This document shows positions 56,071-64,000 of a DNA stretch of 64,000 nucleotides, one piece after another. The position numbers and the translations under genes are program-made. Position 1 is the first letter of the stretch, and each line of letters begins with the position of its first letter. Below the pieces are notes generated by a model. The model made no database searches. It was not told where the DNA came from and worked only from the letters and a program-made list of their open reading frames with translations. Origin of the DNA: an uncultured Acidobacteriota bacterium (GTDB taxonomy: Bacteria > Acidobacteriota > Vicinamibacteria > Vicinamibacterales > CAVVIG01); assembly GCA_963757655.1 (NCBI GenBank), contig CAVWSQ010000006.1, positions 293,356 to 357,355 on the forward strand, in the 5' to 3' direction.

Positions 56071-57483
56071 GTGCGAATCGGCGCAACGGCCTTGGCACTC
56101 CTGATGGGCGTCGGTGCGCCGAGCACCCAGTCGCCGGACAGCCGCGTGCTGACGGTTCATCTCGAAGCCGGCGGACCGCGCTACGAGTACGTGCCGTTTG
56201 AGGTGACCGCGAACGCCGAGTCGGTCACCATCACCTACCGCTACAGCCCCGACGATGGGTCATCGGTCATCGACCTCGGTGTTTTCGAGCCGGGGCCGTT
56301 GACGCTCGGAACGCCCGCCTTCCGCGGATACAGCGGCGGCGCTCAGAGAACTGTCACCATCGGGCGACGTCACGCGTCGCCGGGATACCGGACGGGCGCG
56401 CTTCCGGCGGGGCAATGGCACGTGATGCTCGGCATGTACAAAGTCGCGGCGGCCGGTGTCGATGTGGAAATCACGATCACCGAATCGCGCCAAGATGCCA
56501 CCGAGCCGTCCACTGCCGCCAGCGTGCCCGAACCCCGGCCGGTGAAGACGGGCAGGACGAGCGGCCCGCAATGGTACGCTGGTGGTCTGCATCTGCACAC
56601 GGTGCACAGCGACGGCTCCCAGTCGCCCGAAGCGCTGGCTGGCGCCGCTCGCGCCGCCGGTCTCGACTTCATCGTCGTCACCGATCACAACAACACGGTG
56701 CACTCCCGGGAGCAGATGCCGGCCGTTCCATTGGCGATCGTCGGCGAAGAGGTCACCACGCCAAGCGGGCATGCGGATGTCTGGGGCCTGAAGCGCGGTG
56801 CGTGGATCGACTTTCGAATCGGGTCAGCCGATGTGCAGGCGGCGGCAGCCATCAACGGGCTGGTGGCCGAAGCGCACCGCGCCGGCGCCTTGTTCGCAAT
56901 TGCTCACCCGGTCGACACCTGCGCAGGCTGTTCGTGGGATCATGCGGTTCCCGAGGGCATCGACGCTTGCGAAATTTGGCAGAACGAGAGGGCGCCGCGC
57001 GATGCGGAAATCGCGATCTGGGACCGCCTGCTGCGAGCGGGCCGCCACGTGACGGCCGTCGGCGTGAGCGACTGGCATCGACCTCCTGCCCCGATCGACA
57101 GGGCTGCGGTCCGCGTGCTCGCCGACGCGCTCACTGAAACGGCGGTGCTGGATGGCATCCGCCGCGGACACGTGATCGTGATGCGCGATGCGACAACCGC
57201 ACCGCCGGTGGCGGCCGCCTCATGCGGGTCGCAGACGGCGGGCATCGGCGACGCGCTGGTCTGCGCTGGGGACGACACCCTGACCATGAGGATCGAGGCG
57301 CACGACTTTCGAGACGGCTACGTGGATTTCATCTGGAATGCGGCGCGGATGACATCGAAGCCGATCGGGCGTGGCGCCGTGTTCAGCATGCCGGCATCTT
57401 CCGGCTACCTGCGGGCTCACCTCTACGCCGCCGACGGCAGTCCGGTCGCCATCACCAATCCGATCTATGTCACGGTGCGATAG
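56071..57483 (+). CDS. PHP-domain metallohydrolase (CehA/McbA-like), secreted
   Basis: LHLHTVHSDG, TDHN, GEEVTT..GH, AHP, SDWH, TNPIY. Confidence 0.85.
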   Translation: MRIGATALALLMGVGAPSTQSPDSRVLTVHLEAGGPRYEYVPFEVTANAESVTITYRYSPDDGSSVIDLGVFEPGPLTLGTPAFRGYSGGAQRTVTIGRRHASPGYRTGALPAGQWHVMLGMYKVAAAGVDVEITITESRQDATEPSTAASVPEPRPVKTGRTSGPQWYAGGLHLHTVHSDGSQSPEALAGAARAAGLDFIVVTDHNNTVHSREQMPAVPLAIVGEEVTTPSGHADVWGLKRGAWIDFRIGSADVQAAAAINGLVAEAHRAGALFAIAHPVDTCAGCSWDHAVPEGIDACEIWQNERAPRDAEIAIWDRLLRAGRHVTAVGVSDWHRPPAPIDRAAVRVLADALTETAVLDGIRRGHVIVMRDATTAPPVAAASCGSQTAGIGDALVCAGDDTLTMRIEAHDFRDGYVDFIWNAARMTSKPIGRGAVFSMPASSGYLRAHLYAADGSPVAITNPIYVTVR

Positions 57484-59782
57484 TGCAGCGTGCCTCCTCG
57501 CCGTAGTGACGCTGCTGGCGGCCGCGGGGCCGGCCGCAGCGCAGGACGACGATCTGGTCACGCCGGTGCGTGTCGGCCGCGCCGACGCGCCGCTGACGTT
57601 GAGCGTCTGGGCGCAGCCCGACTATTTCCACCTCGCCGCCCGCCCTGCCATCGCCAACGCCTTCACGATCGTGCTCGACGACTGGGCGCGTTCCCATCCG
57701 GCGGTCCAGCTGCGCGTCTCGGTGATGCCGGGGCTCGAGCTGCACAAGACCAAGTTGCAGCTCGCGGCCGCCGCCGGACGGCTGCCCGATATCGCTTCGA
57801 TCGACAGCTACTGGCTGCCGCTGTTCGTCAACGACGTGCAGCCTCTCGATCCCAACTGGCCGGCCGAGGATCGCGCCGACTTCCTGCCGTTCACCATCCA
57901 GACGCTGTCGGACAAGGCCGGCCACGTGCTCGGCATGTGGCACGAGACCGATTGCCGTGTGCTCTTCTACCGCAAGGATCTCGTCCCCACGCCGCCGCGC
58001 ACCTGGGATCAGCTGCTCGAAACGGCGAGCCGCGTCGCGCGCGATCAGAAGATGTCGGGCTATCTCTACAACGCGGGCCGATGGGAAGCGACCGTCTTCG
58101 ATCACCTCGCCATGTTCTGGGCGCAAGGTGGGGAGCTCGTGGACCGCGACGGCCGGCCGATTCTCGGGGAAGAGCCGAACCGAGGCGCCATGCTTCGGGT
58201 GCTGGGCTTCCTGCGCGACACGATTCAGCGCGGTGCGTCGCCGCGATCCGTCCTCAGCATCACCGACTACCAGCAGATGACCGGCGCGGCGGTCGCCGGC
58301 GACGCCGCGATGTTCCTCGGCGGCAACTGGCAGCTGAAGGATCTGCAGACCGGGCTCTCGCCGGCCGACTTCGCAAAGTGGGACATCGCGCCGATCCCGC
58401 AGGCCGACGCCAACACGAGGTCAACCGGCACCGGAGGCTGGGTGTGGGTAGTGTTCGCAAAGGACCCCGAGCGCCGGCGCGCCGCGGTCGAGTTCATCCG
58501 CGACGTCGAGTCGCCGGCCCATGCCGCGCGCATCAGCGAGGCGACCGGCCATCTGCCCGTGCGCCGCAGCGTCTACCGCGACTTTCCCATCTTCAGCCAG
58601 GATTCCTGGTACCGGCGGTTCGGCGCGATGCTGGTGCACGGCCACGCCCGCCCGACCGCGTTGATCTATCCGGAGATGTCGCAGCAGCTTCAGCTTGCAA
58701 TCGGGGCGGTCGTCTCCGGCGAGAAGTCGCCCGAGCAGGCGCTCGACGCGGCGGTGACCGCGATCGATGTCGAATACGGTCGGCAGCGCTCGTCGCAGAC
58801 TGCGAACCGGACCGGCGTCGATTTGCTGGCCTGGATCCCGATGGTGCTGGCCGCCGCCGTCCCACTCGCCGTGTTCTGGCGCGGGCGCCGCGACAGCGCC
58901 GGCGCCGCGCGGTGGGCGCTGCCGGCGACCGCGCTCGTCACGATCCTCCTGTTCTATCCGATGCTCGACCTGCTGCGCCTCTCCATGACCAACGCGACGG
59001 TCGCCGGCAGCCGCTACGCCTACACGCTCACGAGTTACCGCGCGCTGCTCACCGACACCTCGTTCTACGGCATGGTCGTCGTCACGGTGATCTTCGTGAC
59101 CGCGTCGGTGATGCTGCAGCTGGTGATCGGCTTCGCGATCGCGTGGCTGATCGACGCGGCCCGCCGCCGGCGTGCGCCCGGCACGCTGATGGCACGCGTC
59201 GCCGTCGTCAGCGCCTGGGTGATTCCGGGCGTGCTGGCGGGAGTGTTGTGGAAGATCCTGCTGATCGAGAACCGGTCCGGTATCGTCAACTACTACCTCG
59301 GCCGGGTGGGCATCGGGCCGTTGCCGCTGATCTCGTCACCCATTCTCGCGCTCGTCTCGGTGGTCGTTGCCAACGTCTGGCGCGGTTGTGCTTTCAGCAT
59401 GATCCTGATCTACGCCGGCCTGCAGCGCGTCCCCCGCGAGCTGCACGAGGCGGCCGATCTCGAAGGGGTGTCGGCGTGGCAGCGTCTGCGCTGGCTGCTC
59501 ATCCCGCAGCTGGCGCCGGTGATCGCGCTGAACCTGGTGCTGATCACGATCGCGTCGTTCAACACGTTCGATCTGATCATCCCGCTCACCGGCGGCGGAC
59601 CGGCGCGCCGCACCGAAGTGATCTCCCTGTTCATGTACCGGCTCGGATTCTTCGATCTGCAGGCCGGGCGCGCCGCGGCGGTCGCGGTGGTCATGCTCGT
59701 GGTCAACCTGATGCTGGCGTGGGTGGCCGGACGGCTCATCATGCGCGACGATCCCGTCGGGCGGGGAGTGTCGGCGCCGTGA
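57467..59782 (+). CDS. Carbohydrate ABC transporter substrate-binding protein fused to a permease
   Basis: Signal peptide; SBP motifs (GRLPD, LFYRKD, PRTWD, GGW) then TMs with ELHEAADLEG EAA loop. Confidence 0.88.
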   Translation: MSRCDSAACLLAVVTLLAAAGPAAAQDDDLVTPVRVGRADAPLTLSVWAQPDYFHLAARPAIANAFTIVLDDWARSHPAVQLRVSVMPGLELHKTKLQLAAAAGRLPDIASIDSYWLPLFVNDVQPLDPNWPAEDRADFLPFTIQTLSDKAGHVLGMWHETDCRVLFYRKDLVPTPPRTWDQLLETASRVARDQKMSGYLYNAGRWEATVFDHLAMFWAQGGELVDRDGRPILGEEPNRGAMLRVLGFLRDTIQRGASPRSVLSITDYQQMTGAAVAGDAAMFLGGNWQLKDLQTGLSPADFAKWDIAPIPQADANTRSTGTGGWVWVVFAKDPERRRAAVEFIRDVESPAHAARISEATGHLPVRRSVYRDFPIFSQDSWYRRFGAMLVHGHARPTALIYPEMSQQLQLAIGAVVSGEKSPEQALDAAVTAIDVEYGRQRSSQTANRTGVDLLAWIPMVLAAAVPLAVFWRGRRDSAGAARWALPATALVTILLFYPMLDLLRLSMTNATVAGSRYAYTLTSYRALLTDTSFYGMVVVTVIFVTASVMLQLVIGFAIAWLIDAARRRRAPGTLMARVAVVSAWVIPGVLAGVLWKILLIENRSGIVNYYLGRVGIGPLPLISSPILALVSVVVANVWRGCAFSMILIYAGLQRVPRELHEAADLEGVSAWQRLRWLLIPQLAPVIALNLVLITIASFNTFDLIIPLTGGGPARRTEVISLFMYRLGFFDLQAGRAAAVAVVMLVVNLMLAWVAGRLIMRDDPVGRGVSAP

Positions 59783-60609
59783 TCGCCACGATTCGCCGGC
59801 GCACGCTGTTCGTCGTCGGGCTGGCGGCGACGGCGGCCGCGTTTCTGCTGCCGCAGCTGTGGCTGTTCTCGCTGTCGTTGAAGAACAAGGCCGGCCTGTT
59901 CGAGTATCCGCCGACATGGATTCCGAAAGGCGGATCGCTGGCCAACTACCGCTTCGTGCTGACGCATTCCCAGGTGCCGTGGTACCTGTGGAACAGCCTG
60001 GTCGTCGCCGTGTTGGCATCGGCGGCCACGCTGGCCGCCGCCGTGCCCGCAGCCTACGTGCTGTCGCGCGATCGCTTCCGCGGACGACGGCCGCTGCTGG
60101 CAGCGCTGCTGGTCGTGCAGATGGTGTCGCCGGTCATCCTGCTCGTGCCGATCTACGGCATCATCGAGCGGCTGGGCCTGATCGACACCCGAGCCGGACT
60201 GATTCTGGTCTACGCCGCGATGCAGGTGCCGTTCACGGTGTGGGTGATGAAGAACTTCTTCGATGCCGTGCCGGCGTCAATCTTCGAGGCCGCGCGCCTC
60301 GACGGCGCCACGCGGGCGCGGACGTTCTGGACCATCGTGCTGCCGATCGTCGTGCCCGGACTCGGCGCGACCGCGGTGTTCAACCTGGCGACCTACTGGT
60401 CGGAGTTCTGTCTCGCGCTGGTCCTGCTCGACTCCCAGGCCCGCTACACGATGCCGCTCGGGCTCTTCAGTTTTCAGAGCGGCTACGACACCGACTGGCA
60501 CCTGCTCGCGGCCGCCAGCTTCATCGCGCTGGTACCGGTGATCGCCGTCTTCGTCCTCCTCCAACGCTACTTCGTAGCCGGCCTCACGGCGGGAGCCGTC
60601 AAAGGATGA
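59779..60609 (+). CDS. Carbohydrate ABC transporter permease (MalG-like)
   Basis: EAARLDGA, LQRYFVAGLTAGAVKG; GTG overlaps the upstream stop. Confidence 0.92.
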   Translation: MIATIRRRTLFVVGLAATAAAFLLPQLWLFSLSLKNKAGLFEYPPTWIPKGGSLANYRFVLTHSQVPWYLWNSLVVAVLASAATLAAAVPAAYVLSRDRFRGRRPLLAALLVVQMVSPVILLVPIYGIIERLGLIDTRAGLILVYAAMQVPFTVWVMKNFFDAVPASIFEAARLDGATRARTFWTIVLPIVVPGLGATAVFNLATYWSEFCLALVLLDSQARYTMPLGLFSFQSGYDTDWHLLAAASFIALVPVIAVFVLLQRYFVAGLTAGAVKG

Positions 60610-60666
60610 CGTTCGACGAACCTCGTACCGAACGGGAACGGAGAACGTCGAACCACGAACGGCGCC

Positions 60667-63435
60667 ATGTCTAGCACACTGAAAATTCACGTCATCTCTC
60701 ATACCCACTGGGACCGCGAGTGGTACCTGACCTACGAGCAGTTCCGCTTCAGGCTCGTCGCGCTCATCGATCGACTGCTCGATCTGCTCGACGCCGATCC
60801 GGCATACAAGCACTTTCATCTCGACGGCCAGACCATCGTGCTCGAGGACTATCTCGAGATCCGGCCGGAGCAGGAGGCCCGGCTGCGACACCTCATCGAG
60901 AGCGGCCGCATCCTGATCGGGCCGTGGTACGTGATGCCGGACGAATTTCTCGTCAGCGGCGAATCGCTGGTGCGCAACCTGCTGCGAGGCCACCGCATTG
61001 CGCGCGAGTTCGGCACGCCAATGCCGGTGGGCTACCTGCCGGATCTCTTCGGTCACGTCGGTCAGATGCCGCAGATCTGGCGGCAGTTCGGCCTCGACAA
61101 CACGATTCTCTGGCGCGGTTTCGGCGGGCCGGCGGCCGAATACTGGTGGGAAGGCCCCGACGGATCGCGGCTGCTGATGATGCATTTGCCGCCGGAGGGC
61201 TACTGCAATGCGACGCGGATCGTGCTCGACCCTGATGCGATGATGACGCGGGCGCAGGAGAAGATCGACTTCGAAAAACAGCGCACGCGAACCGGCCAGG
61301 CGCTGCTGATGAACGGCGTCGATCATGTCGAGCCGCACCCTGGGATTCCGGCGCTGATCGAGCGGCTGTCGACGGTCCCGGGCCAGCGGGCGAAACACTC
61401 GACGCTGCCCGACTACGTCGCCGCCGTGAGAAATTCGGTAGCGACCGAACAGCCGGCACTCGAGACGATCGCCGGCGAACTGCGCGGTGGAACCGACTAC
61501 GCCAACCTGCTCCCTGGCGTCCTCTCTGCGCGCGTCTACCTGAAGCAGCAGAATGCGCACGTGCAGACTCTGCTCGAGTCGTATGCCGAGCCGTTGTCGG
61601 TGATGGCGTCCCGCACGGGGCGGAACCAGGCCAAGGCCGCGGACGCCGATCGGCACGGCGGACACTACCGCTATCCTGCCGGCCCGCTTCGACACGCCTG
61701 GAAGACCCTGCTTCAGAATCACCCGCATGACAGCATCTGCGGCTGCAGCATCGACGCGGTTCACGACGAGAACATGACCAGGTTCGCACGCGCCCGGCAG
61801 GTTGGCGCCGCCGTCGTCGAGGCCGCGCTCGACGCCATCGCCGACTCGGTGCCGGCGCCTTCAGCCCACGGCGTGATCCGAGCCGTCGTGGTGAACACCG
61901 ACGCGGTCGAACGGGCTCAGGTCGTCGACGCATTCATCGATCTGCCGGTGGAGAGCGCCGAGCCGTGGCGGAAGCTGGACGCGCAGGCACTCGATCGACC
62001 GGTCGCATTCTGGCCCCGCGAGGCGACGATCAACAGCGTGATCTCGCCGGACGGACGGCCGGTCGAGTTCCAGATTCTCGGCGAGGAGCCGCTCGTCACG
62101 CACGCAATGAGCCGTTACGAAACGCCGTGGGCACTGCACGTCCGGCGCCTCCACCTGCTGTGGTGGGCGCCGTGGTTGCCGCCCTGCGGCTACGCCGCCT
62201 TCGATCTCACCATCGGCGCCGCCGACGCGAGCGTCCCGGCTGGCCGCCGGCTCGTCAACGGCGGCGACACATATGCCGAGAACGAGCGGATCAAGCTGTC
62301 GGTCAACCACGACGGCACGTTCGAGGTGAGCGACAAGGCGACCGGCGTCACCTATCACGGCGTCGGCTCGATCGAAGACGGCGGCGATGTCGGCGACGAA
62401 TACAACTATTCGCCGCCCGCATCCGATCGCCGCCTCACCAGCGCCGATGCCCGCGTCGTTGCCGTCTCCCGCATCGGCGGCGGTCCGCTGCGCGCGGGTC
62501 TTCGCGTCGAGCTGGAGCTGCCCCTGCCACGATCCGCGAGCACCGATCGAGCCGGCCGCACGGCCGAAACGGTGACGATTCCGATCGCCATCGACGCGAC
62601 GCTCGACGCGGGATCGCCGCGGGTCGCCTTTGCGGTGTCAGTCGACAATCGGGCTAGCGACCATCGTCTGCGGCTGCTGTTCCCCACTGGCGCGACATCC
62701 GTCGAAACGGCGCGCGCAGACACGGCGTTCGACGTCATCACGCGGCCGGCGCGCATCCCGGTCCCCGAGAAGATCCGGAACGAGTCGCCGGTCAGCAGCC
62801 TGCCGATGATCTCGATGGTCGACGCCGGCGATGCGGAGATCGGCGCGACGGTGATCGGCAAGGGGTTGATGGAATACGAGATCGTCGGCGACCAACCGGC
62901 GATCGCCATCACGCTGATTCGAGCGGTCGGCGATCTGTCACGCAACGATCTCGCGACGCGTCCGTCAGGCCACGCCGGTCCTCCGGTCGCTACCCCGGGC
63001 GCACAGTGCCTCGGCCCGCATCGTTTCGAGCTGGCGTTCGAGCCGCACGGGCCGGCGCCGCGCGCCGGCGAACTCATGGCGGCAGCACGCGCGCACAACA
63101 TCCCGCCGCGCGTCACCATCGCACGCCTCTCCGACGGAACCGCAGCGCTGACCCGATCGTTTCTGCGAATCCACCGCCAGGCCGGCGACGTCGTGTTGAG
63201 TGCGTTCAAGCAGGCGGAGGATGGGTCCTCCGTCATCGTCCGCCTGTTCAACCCGGGGGACGTGGAGACGCAGGCTGTTCTCGCCCTCGATGCTCCAGTC
63301 GCCGGCGCATTCGCTGTCAATTTTCTGGAGGAGCGCCAGTCACCGCTGCCGGTTCAGGACGGAGGCATTGCGGTGAGGCTGCGACCTCGGCGGGTCCAGA
63401 CGATCGAGATCCGCTGGCCGCTGGAGCCTGTGTGA
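60667..63435 (+). CDS. GH38 alpha-mannosidase (MngB-like)
   Basis: SHTHWDREWY, FHLDGQT, YLPDLFGH, QNHPHDSICGCSID, GDVGDEYNY. Confidence 0.93.
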   Translation: MSSTLKIHVISHTHWDREWYLTYEQFRFRLVALIDRLLDLLDADPAYKHFHLDGQTIVLEDYLEIRPEQEARLRHLIESGRILIGPWYVMPDEFLVSGESLVRNLLRGHRIAREFGTPMPVGYLPDLFGHVGQMPQIWRQFGLDNTILWRGFGGPAAEYWWEGPDGSRLLMMHLPPEGYCNATRIVLDPDAMMTRAQEKIDFEKQRTRTGQALLMNGVDHVEPHPGIPALIERLSTVPGQRAKHSTLPDYVAAVRNSVATEQPALETIAGELRGGTDYANLLPGVLSARVYLKQQNAHVQTLLESYAEPLSVMASRTGRNQAKAADADRHGGHYRYPAGPLRHAWKTLLQNHPHDSICGCSIDAVHDENMTRFARARQVGAAVVEAALDAIADSVPAPSAHGVIRAVVVNTDAVERAQVVDAFIDLPVESAEPWRKLDAQALDRPVAFWPREATINSVISPDGRPVEFQILGEEPLVTHAMSRYETPWALHVRRLHLLWWAPWLPPCGYAAFDLTIGAADASVPAGRRLVNGGDTYAENERIKLSVNHDGTFEVSDKATGVTYHGVGSIEDGGDVGDEYNYSPPASDRRLTSADARVVAVSRIGGGPLRAGLRVELELPLPRSASTDRAGRTAETVTIPIAIDATLDAGSPRVAFAVSVDNRASDHRLRLLFPTGATSVETARADTAFDVITRPARIPVPEKIRNESPVSSLPMISMVDAGDAEIGATVIGKGLMEYEIVGDQPAIAITLIRAVGDLSRNDLATRPSGHAGPPVATPGAQCLGPHRFELAFEPHGPAPRAGELMAAARAHNIPPRVTIARLSDGTAALTRSFLRIHRQAGDVVLSAFKQAEDGSSVIVRLFNPGDVETQAVLALDAPVAGAFAVNFLEERQSPLPVQDGGIAVRLRPRRVQTIEIRWPLEPV

Positions 63436-63516
63436 AAGGCGGATTACGGGAACAGCACCACGATGAAGCTCCATGTCAGGTAACCTCCTGTTCAATCAGG
63501 TCACGAGGAGGAATGA

Positions 63517-63903
63517 ATGGAGAGATCTATCGAAGTCCTGGCCACTATTCTGTTTGGAGTCATGGGTCTCTCGCACATCCTGCAACCTCGGGCCTGGGCC
63601 GAGTTTTTCATCCTCCTGCGGAACAAGGGCGAACCCGGGGCCTTCGTGGACGGATTCCTGAATCTGCCAATCGGAGGCGTCATCGTCGCGTTTCACAACA
63701 CATGGTCGGGGATTCCTGCCGTGCTGACACTGATCGGCTGGTGCCTCCTGATCAAGGGCTCTATTCGTTTCTGCGCACCGAAACAGGCACTGAGAATGAT
63801 CGCGCGAGTTTCAGTGGAGCGATCGTGGGAGTTCCAGGCCGCGGGCGCCGCCCTGGTCGCTCTCGCCGGCCTCCTCGGCTATGGGTCTACGCTGGCAAGG
63901 TGA
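63517..63903 (+). CDS. Hypothetical 4-TM membrane protein
   Basis: GAGGAGG SD; four hydrophobic segments. Confidence 0.75.
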   Translation: MERSIEVLATILFGVMGLSHILQPRAWAEFFILLRNKGEPGAFVDGFLNLPIGGVIVAFHNTWSGIPAVLTLIGWCLLIKGSIRFCAPKQALRMIARVSVERSWEFQAAGAALVALAGLLGYGSTLAR

Positions 63904-63972
63904 CATAGCGCTTTGGCGAAGACGCATTCGGTGTGCGGTCCGTTCACCGCCAGTTGCGAGTGGCGAGTCGTT

Positions 63973-63996
63973 GGTCCGGCTGAAGCCGGACACTGC
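63973..63996. repeat. REP palindrome, same family as the 54493 cluster
   Basis: GGTCCGGCTGAAGCCGGACACTGC. Confidence 0.8.
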
Positions 63997-64000
63997 CGCA

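Overview
High-GC bacterial chromosomal segment. Oar-like TonB receptor, alternative complex III plus caa3 oxidase operon, many secreted peptidases and GTAG-type REP elements suggest Acidobacteriota (Vicinamibacteria-like); this is inference. About 55 CDSs: secreted peptidases (S41 tricorn-like, M16 pair, three S9, two M20, M61, S8), purE/purK, argH, a sodium:solute symporter, a TonB-dependent receptor, the actABCDEFG-sco-ctaCDEF respiratory operon, a lysyl-oxidase-like protein and a PHP hydrolase/sugar ABC/GH38 locus. No rRNA, tRNA, CRISPR array or intact transposase was seen. Most notable signals: (1) a protein-disulfide oxidoreductase split by an in-frame TGA (UPHC) followed by a SECIS-like hairpin, i.e. 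a hidden selenoprotein; (2) an unassigned nested multi-helix leader RNA ahead of the TonB receptor; (3) a CruR/DUF2946-like Cys-rich leader with a RAPP-like motif ahead of a beta-barrel gene; (4) 7-nt, 9-nt and REP repeats inside coding sequence, apparently supplying signal-peptide cores; (5) a ~250-bp palindrome-rich tandem repeat; (6) many -10 boxes 6-8 nt before start codons, suggesting leaderless genes; (7) a Rex/CRP-like operator on the respiratory operon promoter. All product calls come from motif recognition; no database searches were run.
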